A stretch of 64,000 nucleotides of DNA from a phage, in the sequence record PZ172995.1. One strand, written 5' to 3'. Both the position numbers and the translations under genes were made by a program. Each line of letters begins with the position of its first letter. Positions within the stretch are counted from its first letter, which is position 1. Positions 33,801 through 43,893 of the stretch are shown piece after piece. The notes under the pieces were generated by a model, which saw nothing but the letters and a program-made list of their open reading frames with translations, was not told the DNA's origin and ran no database searches.

Positions 33801-34046
33801 TTGAGAGAGAATAAAATGTTTAACAAAAGTAAAGCTGTGAGTCATGTAGCAAAGGTTGACAGCAAGATTGAAGAACTTGAGCGCATTCTTGCAAATGCCA
33901 GAGAGTCAATAATTAAAGAGGTTGAAGCTGTTGAATCTCAAATGCAGCACCTAATGCTTAAACGTCAAGAGTTACGTGAGCATCTGGAATATATTGAAAC
34001 ACGAGAGCTAAAAGTTAACAGATTTTTAAGGAGTCCGAATGTTTAA
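33801..34046 (+). CDS. small coiled-coil protein
   Basis: 81 aa, charged helical sequence. Confidence 0.4.
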   Translation: MRENKMFNKSKAVSHVAKVDSKIEELERILANARESIIKEVEAVESQMQHLMLKRQELREHLEYIETRELKVNRFLRSPNV

Positions 34047-34794
34047 CTCAAGAGAATCAGTAAAAAACTGGAATCTTCGTTGCGGAAACACCCAAAAGCA
34101 ACCTTACAGTGATGAGTATTGGGAATCTTTGAAATCCCAGTCTCTGTGTATGCTTGAAGAAGCAAAAGAGCTTGTAAAAGCAATTGAAGAGAAAGACCCC
34201 ATTGAGACATTGGATGCTCAGGCAGATTTGCAATATGTTCTTGACGGTCTAATTTATCTGTCACAACATGACCACAATGGCGCTATGGAAGCTGTTTGCC
34301 ATAATAATGACCTGAAGTACACAGACGACTATGAAGAAGCTTTAAAACGTCTTGCAGATATTGAGAAGCGTACTGGTCAAGAGTGTATTATCAGAATGTC
34401 AGTGGTTGATGGTAAAGAGTGGTATGCGATTGTCCGTGCAGCCGATGGGAAGATTATGAAGCAATCAAATCTCCCTAAAGTACAACTTGGTGAATACATT
34501 GTAGAACTTGAAAGCCAAGAACTTTTTGTGGTAGTATCTGAGACATGCGTTATCTGCAAAGGTATTGTATGTAGCTTAAAGGATTTGGGTGTAGATGGTT
34601 TTGTAGAAGTTAATCCAATTACCTCTAAAGCAGATAAAGATTTCTGTAAAGAGAATGGATTATGGATTGCAGATATTGTCTACTACGATGGTGAGCAGTT
34701 CCATGTAACCTCATACCCGAAACTGAATTATGATGCTAATAACCTAAAGTGCTGGTTAAAAGGGGTTGGTTATAATGGATTCACAGAACATTAA
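34039..34794 (+). CDS. MazG-like nucleotide pyrophosphohydrolase candidate
   Basis: 251 aa; N-terminal EEAKELVKAIEE ... LDAQADLQYVLDGL resembles MazG EExxE/ExxD helices; low confidence. Confidence 0.35.
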   Translation: MFNSRESVKNWNLRCGNTQKQPYSDEYWESLKSQSLCMLEEAKELVKAIEEKDPIETLDAQADLQYVLDGLIYLSQHDHNGAMEAVCHNNDLKYTDDYEEALKRLADIEKRTGQECIIRMSVVDGKEWYAIVRAADGKIMKQSNLPKVQLGEYIVELESQELFVVVSETCVICKGIVCSLKDLGVDGFVEVNPITSKADKDFCKENGLWIADIVYYDGEQFHVTSYPKLNYDANNLKCWLKGVGYNGFTEH

Positions 34795-35098
34795 TAAAGA
34801 AGGTGTGGCTCAGAAGAGCCACTTCTCAAACTACAATATTTCTATGACGGTGTTTATGAATGACCCGTTACTTGAGAAGTATGGTGAGACTCCAGATACA
34901 CTTCTGGATAATGAACAAGTTTTAAAAGCAGTCCTGTACAAATATGGGATTGATATTGAGAAAGAGTATTCCTTTGAAATCTGCCAACACAGAAATACTT
35001 TTGGTAAAGTTGTGATGGCTCCGCTCTTTATGGGTGTAGAAAGGACTGACTACGGTTGGTTATATCTAAAAAGAAACTTGGAGAAATACCGTGTCTAA
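34766..35098 (+). CDS. hypothetical protein
   Basis: 110 aa; true start may be a few codons downstream. Confidence 0.4.
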   Translation: MVIMDSQNINKEGVAQKSHFSNYNISMTVFMNDPLLEKYGETPDTLLDNEQVLKAVLYKYGIDIEKEYSFEICQHRNTFGKVVMAPLFMGVERTDYGWLYLKRNLEKYRV

Positions 35099-35432
35099 AG
35101 CAAAAAAGTTATCTTATGATGACATTATCTCAGGTGCTAAGTTAGGTGTTGACAGTATCGGACAAGATGTTAAGCACGGAGACACAGTTATGTACTGTGA
35201 TGACCGAAGAGGGAGAAGTGCAATCTTGTTTGGAAGAATTGTTTGCAAGATGCGAGGTAATTACGTTGTTGCAGACATGGATGTGAACGTTACACAAAAA
35301 CTTGAAACACTTATGGATGATAATACATCATCATCATGGTTCTTCCTGAATTGTATGCACACTTCTTCAGTCACAAAAGTAAGTGATAAGTTTTACGATA
35401 TGTGGCAGAATGAGCAAATTTTCAAGATTTAA
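35091..35432 (+). CDS. hypothetical protein
   Basis: 113 aa; followed by strong terminator. Confidence 0.45.
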   Translation: MSKAKKLSYDDIISGAKLGVDSIGQDVKHGDTVMYCDDRRGRSAILFGRIVCKMRGNYVVADMDVNVTQKLETLMDDNTSSSWFFLNCMHTSSVTKVSDKFYDMWQNEQIFKI

Positions 35433-35436
35433 ACTA

Positions 35437-35461
35437 GGGAGCCTCTTCGGAGGCTCTTTTC
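35437..35461 (+). terminator. rho-independent terminator (UUCG tetraloop)
   Basis: GGGAGCCTC-TTCG-GAGGCTC followed by TTTTC. Confidence 0.7.
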
Positions 35462-35478
35462 ACCTGTAGGATTCAAAA

Positions 35479-37713
35479 ATGATTAAGACAATTAAAAAAT
35501 CAAACGGTACAGTAGTAAACTTTGACCCAGAAAGACTGAATAAGTGGGCATCATGGGCAGATAAGCGTGGTATTATCTGGTCAGAAGTCACTATGGAAGC
35601 TATGAAACGTGTCTATGAAGGTTGCACCACAAAAGAGATGCACCAAGCCATGATTGATGTTTGTGTTGATAAACAAACTCAAGAGTACTCAGATATGGCT
35701 GGACGGCTACTTCTGGGAATTATCTACAAAGAAGCCTTTGGAGGCTTTACTAAGGTTCCTACGCTGGTTACCTTCGTTAAAAATATGGAGAGAGCAGGAC
35801 TTTGGGAGAAGATGGATTATTCTCAGGAAGAGCTTGAATATCTGCAAGGGTACATTGTGCACTCAAAAGATATCTCTTACGGTTATGCAGTCCTGAAACA
35901 GTTCAGAGACAAGTATGGTATCCGTGATATTAAAACGGGAAGACTTTTTGAGTCACCACAATTTATGTTTATGGGTATGGCTATGAAAGCCTTTGAGAAG
36001 CAACCAAAGCACCGTAGACTGCAAGATGTTATCAAGCTGTACACTTACCTATCTGACCTGAAGATTAACGCTCCTACGCCTTATCTGAATGGTTTAAGAG
36101 CTACTAAATCAGGTTATGCGTCATGCTGTTTGATTAAGGCGAATGATACTGCTGAGTCTCTAGGTATTGCTGCAAAGGTTGCCTATGACATGACCACAAA
36201 GCAAGCTGGTATTGGTATGCTGATGGAGACTCGCACTATTGGTGATGGTATCCGTCAAAATACTATTGAGCATATGGGTAAGCTGCCTTATTACAAGCTT
36301 GTACGTTCATCTGTAGAGGCAAACAAACAAAAGAGCCGTGGTGGTTCAGCTAACAACTTCTACACTGCTCTAGACCCGCAGATTGAAGATTTACTGCGTT
36401 TGAAGCACCCTACAACGGTTCCTTCGAAACGTATTAATGAGATGGACTACTCATTCGGCACAAATGATTATTTCTGGCAGTGTGTTCAATATGATACCGA
36501 TTGGTTGCTATTCTCTTACAAGGATGCACCAAAACTCTATGACATGTTCTACACAGCATCTGCTGATGAGTTTGCTATGGCAGTTGGTCACGCAGTACAT
36601 TCAGGTGTTAAGCACAGACGGGTGAAGGCTCGTGAAATTGCTAAACTGTTTATCCAGCAGCGTTATGCAACAGGCCGTGTGTACCCATTCTTCACGAATA
36701 ATGCAAACACACATACACCATTTAAAGAACCTTTGAAGATGTCAAATCTTTGTATGGAAATTGTGTTGCCAGTGTATGGGTTTGAGAAAGAGACAGACCT
36801 TTACAGAGATGATGCTGTGAAAGAGGATGGTGAGGTAGCTCTTTGCTTCCTAGCTAGTTTGGTTGCAGGGAGAATTTCAGAAGATGAATACGCTGACGTT
36901 GCTTATTATGCTCTTGCAATGGTTGACTCCGTTATTGACCTTATGGATTATCCGTATCCGTCGATGCGCAACCATGTTCAGAAGCGTCGTTCTGTTGGTA
37001 TTGGCCTTACAAATGTGGCTCATTACCTTGCGAAAAACTACGTGAACTACTCTTCAAGAGCAGGTAAGACGAAGCTTCATGAGCTTGCTGAAATGCACTC
37101 TTACTACTTACACGAAGCTTCTTTAAGACTTGCTAAAGAACGTGGTGTACCTGAGTATATGCAGTTCACTAAGTATCCTGAAGGTTGGGTTCCTCCGAAG
37201 ACAGCTAACAGGAAGATTGATGAGAAGCATGATGCAAAACTTCGTTATGATTGGGATGACTTAGCACAACGTATTAAAGAAAATGGTGGAATCCGCAACT
37301 CTGTATTAGAAGCTTACATGCCTAATGAAAGTTCTTCACTGGCAACTAATACGACAAATGGCTTGTATCCAATTCGTGACTTTATTTTAACTAAAAAGTC
37401 TGCAACTGGTAACGTACTGTTTATTGTTCCAGATTACGAAGAGTTGAAGTATGTCTATGAAATTGCTTGGGATATTGACACCTTTGACCTGATTGATTGT
37501 TATGCAATTGTTCAAAAGTTCACTGGTCAAGCTATCTCTTCAGATTTCTATGTTGACTATGCAAAGTCTAAGAAGGTATCATTGGCTCAAGCTTTGAAGT
37601 ACATGATTTATGCCAACTCAGTAGGTATGAAAACCATGTACTACCTTAACAGTCGCATTGGTGTAGGTAAATCTGCACTGCAAGATGCTTATTGCGAGGG
37701 TTGTGGTGTTTAG
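35479..37713 (+). CDS. nrdA: ribonucleotide reductase class Ia large subunit
   Basis: 744 aa; N-terminal ATP-cone-like segment; active-site NLCMEIVLP; C-terminal Cys pair (CEGCGV). Confidence 0.9.
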   Translation: MIKTIKKSNGTVVNFDPERLNKWASWADKRGIIWSEVTMEAMKRVYEGCTTKEMHQAMIDVCVDKQTQEYSDMAGRLLLGIIYKEAFGGFTKVPTLVTFVKNMERAGLWEKMDYSQEELEYLQGYIVHSKDISYGYAVLKQFRDKYGIRDIKTGRLFESPQFMFMGMAMKAFEKQPKHRRLQDVIKLYTYLSDLKINAPTPYLNGLRATKSGYASCCLIKANDTAESLGIAAKVAYDMTTKQAGIGMLMETRTIGDGIRQNTIEHMGKLPYYKLVRSSVEANKQKSRGGSANNFYTALDPQIEDLLRLKHPTTVPSKRINEMDYSFGTNDYFWQCVQYDTDWLLFSYKDAPKLYDMFYTASADEFAMAVGHAVHSGVKHRRVKAREIAKLFIQQRYATGRVYPFFTNNANTHTPFKEPLKMSNLCMEIVLPVYGFEKETDLYRDDAVKEDGEVALCFLASLVAGRISEDEYADVAYYALAMVDSVIDLMDYPYPSMRNHVQKRRSVGIGLTNVAHYLAKNYVNYSSRAGKTKLHELAEMHSYYLHEASLRLAKERGVPEYMQFTKYPEGWVPPKTANRKIDEKHDAKLRYDWDDLAQRIKENGGIRNSVLEAYMPNESSSLATNTTNGLYPIRDFILTKKSATGNVLFIVPDYEELKYVYEIAWDIDTFDLIDCYAIVQKFTGQAISSDFYVDYAKSKKVSLAQALKYMIYANSVGMKTMYYLNSRIGVGKSALQDAYCEGCGV

Positions 37714-37768
37714 TTTTAATAACTATGAGGGTCGTAAAAGACCCTCTAAAATTAACTTTGGAGAAACT

Positions 37769-38026
37769 ATGAAAGACTTAATAGCAAATCACGAGTGGCC
37801 CATATACTTGCTCCACAAACCTCGGAAAACGATGTACTATGTGAGTAGCACAGACATGATGATAAAACAAAATGATGACTCATGGGTCGCTGGTGTCTCT
37901 TACATCTCTACAGCAGATGGTAAAATCTATGCAAGACCTTATGACATGTTTAACAAAGAAAATTGGGAAGTTTTAGACAGAAAACAAGCCTTAGAGATGA
38001 TAAAGAAAGGAGAAATCACACTATGA
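37769..38026 (+). CDS. hypothetical small protein between nrdA and nrdB
   Basis: ORF-track frame 37685..38026 overlaps nrdA; Met at 37769 has GGAG RBS; stop overlaps nrdB ATG. Confidence 0.35.
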   Translation: MKDLIANHEWPIYLLHKPRKTMYYVSSTDMMIKQNDDSWVAGVSYISTADGKIYARPYDMFNKENWEVLDRKQALEMIKKGEITL

Positions 38027-39096
38027 TTAACCAACACCCAATCTTTTTAGGTGGTGAGAGAAAAACTTTTGACTCACTTAATAAACACTACCCAAAAATC
38101 TTTGAACTTTATAAACAACAAAAAGCACAAGACTGGTCAGAAGATGAGTTCCCTTTTGAACAATCACGTCTTGATTTTGAGAGTGTTCCAGCATCTATGT
38201 CAGGTGTAATGCTTGAGATTCTTAAGTGGCAATGGGAAGCAGATACCCAAGTTGCTAAGAGCTTGGCATTTGCCTTTGCACCATTTATCTCTGATGACAT
38301 CTATGCAACTGCAATTATGAAGCAGTCGGAGATTGAAAACCTACATGCTCTTACTTACTCGGAGATTGTAAGGCAATGTATTAAAAATCCTGAAACAATC
38401 TTAGATGAGATTAACCAGAATGTTGCTGTACAAGACCGATTAAAAACTGTGAATCGTGTTCTTGAAGAATTACTAGATGAAGGCATAAACTATCGTCTGA
38501 GTTATGTCCGTGACTCGCTTCTGGACAAAGACCCTTTACACTTTCATAAAGTGATTCTAAAAGGTCTATTTGCAGTGACTGCACTTGAAGGTATCTCTTT
38601 TATGGCATCCTTTGCATGTACTTTTGCACTTGATGCTCAAGATAAATTTCAAGGTATTGCTCAAGCTGTCCAGAAAATTATGCTTGACGAAATCCTTCAC
38701 ACTAAAATTGATATTGAAGTTTTAAAAGAAACTTTAAGAGATGATGAGTGGCAAAAAGCTTTCCAACAAATTCTCCCAGAGATTAAAGTAATCTTAGATG
38801 AAGTAGTTGAAAGCGAAGAGAAATGGTCGTATTATATCTTCTCCGAAGGACGCGCTGTAGTTGGGTTAAATACAAAACTTCTTCATGAGTGGGTTTACTA
38901 TAATGCTGCCCCACTGTATGATATGTTTGGCATTCCCAGAGATTTTGTAGCTCCTAAAGAACCACCTTTGAAGTATATGATTAAGAAGATGGAAATTGAT
39001 AAAGAGCAGAATGCTAATCAGGAGCAACAGAACGGTGCGTATTTATTGAATACTGTTGTAGATGATTTGAATAGTGGATTTTTAGAGGTTCCTTAA
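38023..39096 (+). CDS. nrdB: ribonucleotide reductase class Ia small subunit
   Basis: Start set at MINQHPIFLGG (RBS AAGGAG); iron-ligand-like ExxH (DEILHT) and LEGISFMASFA region; alternative upstream start 37963. Confidence 0.8.
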   Translation: MINQHPIFLGGERKTFDSLNKHYPKIFELYKQQKAQDWSEDEFPFEQSRLDFESVPASMSGVMLEILKWQWEADTQVAKSLAFAFAPFISDDIYATAIMKQSEIENLHALTYSEIVRQCIKNPETILDEINQNVAVQDRLKTVNRVLEELLDEGINYRLSYVRDSLLDKDPLHFHKVILKGLFAVTALEGISFMASFACTFALDAQDKFQGIAQAVQKIMLDEILHTKIDIEVLKETLRDDEWQKAFQQILPEIKVILDEVVESEEKWSYYIFSEGRAVVGLNTKLLHEWVYYNAAPLYDMFGIPRDFVAPKEPPLKYMIKKMEIDKEQNANQEQQNGAYLLNTVVDDLNSGFLEVP

Positions 39097-39338
39097 TGAC
39101 TTATGTAATTTACTCCAAAACTGGATGCCCTCAGTGTGAGACTGCAAAGAATTTTGCGAAAGCTCGTGGTATTGACCATGTTGTGAGGATGTTAGGGCAG
39201 GATTATGAACTGTCAGACCTGATGGATATTGCACAGATGCCAGTTCGTCAGATGCCATTCATCATGAAAACTGACGGTCAAAACCTAAAACCTGTTGGAA
39301 CGCTACAGAATTTTATGGCAGAGGTGAATAATGCTTAA
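39096..39338 (+). CDS. glutaredoxin/NrdH-like redoxin
   Basis: 80 aa with CPQC active-site motif near N-terminus; adjacent to nrdB. Confidence 0.7.
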   Translation: MTYVIYSKTGCPQCETAKNFAKARGIDHVVRMLGQDYELSDLMDIAQMPVRQMPFIMKTDGQNLKPVGTLQNFMAEVNNA

Positions 39339-39537
39339 ACGCCTTTGGGAAGGTTTGGTTGTTGATGCACCAGCTATTGTGATTGGTATGCTTGTTGTTA
39401 ACCTATTTACTGATTTTGAACAAGGTTCATTGTTTGGAGCCATGTTACTATGGGTTATCTTTGAAATATTAGAAATACAGTTAGGCATCACTGAAAAACT
39501 AAGAGAACTCTTTTCGAAGTTTTCTAAAAAGATTTAA
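39331..39537 (+). CDS. small membrane protein
   Basis: 68 aa with hydrophobic segments (VVDAPAIVIGMLVVNLF, FGAMLLWVIF). Confidence 0.4.
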   Translation: MLKRLWEGLVVDAPAIVIGMLVVNLFTDFEQGSLFGAMLLWVIFEILEIQLGITEKLRELFSKFSKKI

Positions 39538-39544
39538 AATGAAA

Positions 39545-39566
39545 GGGTCTCTTCGGAGACCTTTTT
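39545..39566 (+). terminator. rho-independent terminator (UUCG tetraloop)
   Basis: GGGTCTC-TTCG-GAGACC followed by TTTTT. Confidence 0.7.
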
Positions 39567-39585
39567 AGCATGTAAAGGGGCAATA

Positions 39586-41730
39586 ATGAACAAAGTACAA
39601 ATTATTAAAAAGAATGGCTCACTTGAAGAACCGGATATCAAAAAAGTTTTAGCAGCAGTAACTAAGTCAGCTAACAGGGTTGGATATAAAGAACTCCCAC
39701 CAGATGTTACCCAAGCTCTTGAGTCAGCATTTATGAGGATTCTGGTAAAGTCCACTAAGCAGAATAATTTGCTCATCTCGGTAAATGATATTCACAGCAT
39801 CGTTGAAGGTGCTTTGGCAGAAGTCAATCACGAGATTTATGAGTCTTACTCAACATACAGAAATTACCGTAAAGAGGTTGCTCAAAATTGGGATGAGCTT
39901 TACCAAAAGACTAAGGACACGCTCTTCTTAGGTGACCGTGAAAATGCTAACTTTGACAGTAGTTTAATTTCTACAAAAGGTTCAATTATTCGTGGTTATC
40001 TGACTAAAGAAATCTTTAAACAGTACCATTTAACACCAGAGGAACTCGAAGCCATTGAAAAGGGGTTTATCTACATCCATGACTTAAGAGACCTAATTTT
40101 TGGTGGGATTAACTGTTGCCTGTTTGACATTGGTAAAGTACTGAAAGGCGGCTTTGAAATGTCTGGCATCGAATACTGTGAACCGAAGTCAGTACTGTCA
40201 GCCTTACAGGTTATCGGTGATGTAGTTCTTTCAGCAACTGCACAACAATTTGGTGGCTTTACTTTAGCAGAGATTGATAAGGTGCTTGTACCGTATGCTA
40301 AGAAGTCTCTACGCTATCATGCTGAGAAAGCAGCATCTTACGGTATTCCTAAAGAGCATTACCATAACTATGTCATGGAGCAGCTACAGATTGAATTAAC
40401 TCAAGGCTTCCAGTCACTAGAGATGAAACTAAACACTGTACCTTGCAGCCGTGGTGATTTTGCATTCACAACTTTAACATTTGGTTTACTTGACTCAGAT
40501 ATGTCTAATGAAGACAACCGGCTACAATACATGATTGCAAACACCATTCTTGATGTTCGCATGAATGGACAAGGTAAGAGTAAGAAGCCTGTTGTATTCC
40601 CTAAACTGGTTTATATTCATGACCAGAAGAGACACGATGAGAATATCTGTCAAGGCCAACTGTACAGTAAAGCTATTGAGTGTTGCTCTAAAGCAATGTA
40701 TCCAGATTTCTTAAGCGTATCTGGTCATGGTGCTGTAGCAGAGGCTTTTGAGCGTTCTGGCAAGGTAATTTCACCGATGGGTTGCAGAGCTTTCTTATCC
40801 CCATATCTTAACGAGAATGGAGAAGAGTTCTACGTTGGTCGTGCTAACATTGGTGCTGTATCTTTGAACTTACCAATGATTTACCAGTATTCTAAAGAGA
40901 ATGGTTTAGATTTCTGGAAAGAACTTGATAAGTACCTAGAGATGATTCGCAGCTTCCACAAGAAACGCTACGAAATGATTGCTAATATGCCAGCAAGTTC
41001 TAACCCTCTTGCATTCACACAAGGTGGTCTGTACAAAGGGACTAAGAAACCTACTGACAAGGTTGGCTGGGATATTGTGAAGTCTTTCACAGCTTCTTTT
41101 GGGGTTACTGCGCTTGATGAGTTATCTGTTCTTGCTGAGGGTAAACGACTCCATGAAGTTGGAAGCTATAGTTTTGCATACGATGTTCTGGCATACATTA
41201 ACATGAAAACTGAAGAGTTTAAGAATGAAGATGGCTTCTTATATGCGGTATATGGCACTCCAGCAGAATCACTTTGCGGAACTCAGCTAAAACAGTTCAG
41301 AGATATGTTTGGCGTTATCAAAGGCGTTTCTGATAAGGAATACTTTACAAACAGTTTCCATATGAATGTTGCAGCAGACATCTCACCATTTGAGAAGCAG
41401 GACTTAGAAGAGCCGTTCTTCCATATCTGTAGAGGTGGTAGAATCCAGTATGTCAGAGTAGCTAACCCAGAAAACTTACCAGCACTTAAAAGTTGTATTA
41501 CAAGAGGGATGTTGAAAGGTTTTTATCAGGGACTTAACTTTGACTTAGCAATCTGTGAACATTGTGGTAACAGACCAAAGGCTGATGTTGAAGAATGTGA
41601 GGTTTGCCATTCACATGACATCTCTGTGATTAACAGGGTGTGTGGGTATCTTGGGTGGACTAAGATTAAAGGCGAATCCCGAATGAACGATGCAAAAATT
41701 GCTGAGATTCGTGATAGAGTCTCTATGTAA
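39586..41730 (+). CDS. nrdD: anaerobic ribonucleoside-triphosphate reductase
   Basis: 714 aa; N-terminal ATP cone; C-terminal Cys4 (CEHCG...CEVCH) and glycyl-radical motif RVCGYLG. Confidence 0.9.
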   Translation: MNKVQIIKKNGSLEEPDIKKVLAAVTKSANRVGYKELPPDVTQALESAFMRILVKSTKQNNLLISVNDIHSIVEGALAEVNHEIYESYSTYRNYRKEVAQNWDELYQKTKDTLFLGDRENANFDSSLISTKGSIIRGYLTKEIFKQYHLTPEELEAIEKGFIYIHDLRDLIFGGINCCLFDIGKVLKGGFEMSGIEYCEPKSVLSALQVIGDVVLSATAQQFGGFTLAEIDKVLVPYAKKSLRYHAEKAASYGIPKEHYHNYVMEQLQIELTQGFQSLEMKLNTVPCSRGDFAFTTLTFGLLDSDMSNEDNRLQYMIANTILDVRMNGQGKSKKPVVFPKLVYIHDQKRHDENICQGQLYSKAIECCSKAMYPDFLSVSGHGAVAEAFERSGKVISPMGCRAFLSPYLNENGEEFYVGRANIGAVSLNLPMIYQYSKENGLDFWKELDKYLEMIRSFHKKRYEMIANMPASSNPLAFTQGGLYKGTKKPTDKVGWDIVKSFTASFGVTALDELSVLAEGKRLHEVGSYSFAYDVLAYINMKTEEFKNEDGFLYAVYGTPAESLCGTQLKQFRDMFGVIKGVSDKEYFTNSFHMNVAADISPFEKQDLEEPFFHICRGGRIQYVRVANPENLPALKSCITRGMLKGFYQGLNFDLAICEHCGNRPKADVEECEVCHSHDISVINRVCGYLGWTKIKGESRMNDAKIAEIRDRVSM

Positions 41731-41884
41731 AACTTGACAGGGTGGTGTGGGTCTTGATAGGCTTACATCACCTTTTTTATTGGATGTTAGATATGGCAGA
41801 GAGTATTATTGGGTTGTTCATAGGTTCTGTCTTACTAGGGTTCTTTTTAGGACTTTCTTATTGTGAATTGAGAGATAATTTAAA

Positions 41885-42085
41885 ATGTTTAAAATATCAA
41901 AAACGTTGATATACATACTCCACATTCTAATCTTCTTCTTTGGGGTTAGTGTTATGGTATGGGGTTTTTCAGACCCACAATGGAGTTTATCATATCATGG
42001 ACAAATGGATTTATGGTCATGCTTCAAACCATTTTTAGGGTTAGCTATAGCATTCAGTGCATTACCAACCAGGGTGAAATTATGA
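41885..42085 (+). CDS. small membrane protein
   Basis: 66 aa with two hydrophobic segments. Confidence 0.35.
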   Translation: MFKISKTLIYILHILIFFFGVSVMVWGFSDPQWSLSYHGQMDLWSCFKPFLGLAIAFSALPTRVKL

Positions 42086-42477
42086 TTAAGTTGAACCAAA
42101 AACAGTTAGAGTGGGTTAAAGATTACGCCTCAGAGTGTGGCTCTTGCGAAAAGAATCACGTAAAATACTCAACATTCCATACAGTCTTCACATTGTACAT
42201 CAGCGACAATGTTCTAAGTGATTCCGTAGAAGACGGTGTAGCATTGCCTAATGAGTTACTTGATAAATTAGCTGTAGTCACTGGAACTTGGTCTGAAGAA
42301 GACGGTCATGAATTATCTGATGATGTTGTCTTCTACACTCTTGAAAACATCATGAATCCAGAGTACATTATGCTAATGACTTGTGCACAAGACTGTGTGC
42401 CATTGCAAAACTTCATTAAAGAACACTGTGAAGAATTTATTACTAAACAGGTTCCTTGTCAGGTAGTGTTTGAATAA
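42082..42477 (+). CDS. hypothetical Cys-containing protein
   Basis: Start set at internal Met MIKLNQ... of ORF 41959..42477 (ATGA overlap with upstream gene). Confidence 0.4.
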   Translation: MIKLNQKQLEWVKDYASECGSCEKNHVKYSTFHTVFTLYISDNVLSDSVEDGVALPNELLDKLAVVTGTWSEEDGHELSDDVVFYTLENIMNPEYIMLMTCAQDCVPLQNFIKEHCEEFITKQVPCQVVFE

Positions 42478-42512
42478 GTAAAACAATTAAATAATATTGG
42501 TGAGGTAACTAG

Positions 42513-42998
42513 ATGAATTACATGGAGATTCGACCATTTGACACAGCTAATGGTGAAGGGGTTCGTGTGAGCATCTTCGTAGCTGGCTGCAAACATCACT
42601 GTGAAGGCTGCTTTAACAGGGAGTCTTGGAAGTTTAATGCTGGTAAAGTGTTTACTTATGCAAACCTTTACGGCATCATTCAGCTAATGAATGATAATGC
42701 TATCAGTGGGCTGTCAATACTTGGTGGGGAACCTCTGGATGACAGAAACATTCAAGAGGTCACCAACATATGCAAGCGTATTAAAACTGTTTATCCAGAA
42801 AAGTCTATATGGCTTTGGACAGGTTTTCAACTACACGAAAAAATCCACTTAGATGTTATGAAATATGTTGACGTGGTGATTGATGGTAAGTATGATTCTT
42901 CTAAACCAACAATTAAACCATATCGTGGTTCTGATAACCAAAACCTCTGGAGAAAAGAGTATGGATGGCAAGGCGATTGTCAATGGCGAGCAGAATGA
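42513..42998 (+). CDS. nrdG: anaerobic ribonucleotide reductase activating protein (radical SAM)
   Basis: 161 aa; CX3CX2C cluster VAGCKHHCEGCFN. Confidence 0.85.
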   Translation: MNYMEIRPFDTANGEGVRVSIFVAGCKHHCEGCFNRESWKFNAGKVFTYANLYGIIQLMNDNAISGLSILGGEPLDDRNIQEVTNICKRIKTVYPEKSIWLWTGFQLHEKIHLDVMKYVDVVIDGKYDSSKPTIKPYRGSDNQNLWRKEYGWQGDCQWRAE

Positions 42999-43236
42999 TT
43001 ATTCTGGCAAGTGGACTTACGACATCAACAAGTTAGATGCTTGGATGATTTACACAAGAGAAAAGTTTGGTGAACGTTCATTATGTGCCCTTGCAACGAT
43101 GGTGAAGAACGTTACCTTTGTCATCCATGAATCAGATAAATTTGGAGACTTCTACAGGATTCAAAACATCAGAGAAGGTGTAACTCCAATAGGAATCACT
43201 GAAGAAGAACTTCATAAGTTCTGTATTAAACTTTAA
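42961..43236 (+). CDS. hypothetical small protein
   Basis: ATG at 42961 (MDGKAIVNGEQ...) with RBS AGAAAAGAG inside 3' end of nrdG; ORF-track frame 42880..43236. Confidence 0.4.
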   Translation: MDGKAIVNGEQNDYSGKWTYDINKLDAWMIYTREKFGERSLCALATMVKNVTFVIHESDKFGDFYRIQNIREGVTPIGITEEELHKFCIKL

Positions 43237-43251
43237 TGAGAGAGACTAAAA

Positions 43252-43518
43252 ATGGGAATTTTAGGTAATATGAAAGCTGGCTTCTTGAAGGCACTGGCAA
43301 AAGCAGCAGCAATCATTTCTATGACTGGAAAGCAGGTTGGTGTAGATGCTTCAGCAGTTGCACAAGTTCTTGCAAGCCAAATTGAACAGCACCCTTACAT
43401 CTACGTAGGCCGTGGCAAAGGTGGTAAGAAACAAGCACATCGACCAACTGGTGCAGCAGCAATTAAACGTGCAGCTAAAAAAGCTAGTAACCGTAAACGT
43501 AACAAGAAGGCTAAATAA
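43252..43518 (+). CDS. small basic protein
   Basis: 88 aa, A/K-rich, C-terminal RKRNKKAK. Confidence 0.4.
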   Translation: MGILGNMKAGFLKALAKAAAIISMTGKQVGVDASAVAQVLASQIEQHPYIYVGRGKGGKKQAHRPTGAAAIKRAAKKASNRKRNKKAK

Positions 43519-43520
43519 TC

Positions 43521-43841
43521 ATGAGCAAAGTTTATAACACTCGTAAATTACAGATTTTCGTACTGTGCCAGTTTATGGCTAAAGAGTATAACTACTACTA
43601 TTGTGGTACAGGGTTCATTAGTGATAATGACGGCTCATATCTACCATTCAAAGAGGCTGTAAAACTCTTCAATGAAGAGAAAAGCTCTAAGAAAGATATT
43701 GAAAAGGTTAAGCTAACCTACAGCAAGAAAGATAAGAAGATTATCTGCCTAGATAACTTTGTCAAAGTTACTGGAGAAGCAAAAGAGTTTATGGATGAGA
43801 GTGAAATCTCATTCACAAGCATCTTGAAAGTAGCTCAGTAA
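43521..43841 (+). CDS. hypothetical protein
   Basis: 106 aa; followed by terminator. Confidence 0.4.
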   Translation: MSKVYNTRKLQIFVLCQFMAKEYNYYYCGTGFISDNDGSYLPFKEAVKLFNEEKSSKKDIEKVKLTYSKKDKKIICLDNFVKVTGEAKEFMDESEISFTSILKVAQ

Positions 43842-43853
43842 ACAGATACTATA

Positions 43854-43880
43854 AGGGGACTGTAAAGGTTCCCTTTTTTA
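43854..43880 (+). terminator. rho-independent terminator
   Basis: AGGGGAC...GTTCCCT stem (one G-U) followed by TTTTTTATTTT. Confidence 0.55.
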
Positions 43881-43893
43881 TTTTGGAGATAAT

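Noticed and set aside
42513-43236. Possible frameshifted or pseudogenised nrdG suggested by overlapping ORFs 42513..42998 and 42880..43236
   Set aside because: The first ORF contains the complete radical-SAM cysteine cluster at normal NrdG length, and the second has its own ATG (42961) with an RBS; read as two genes with a short overlap.
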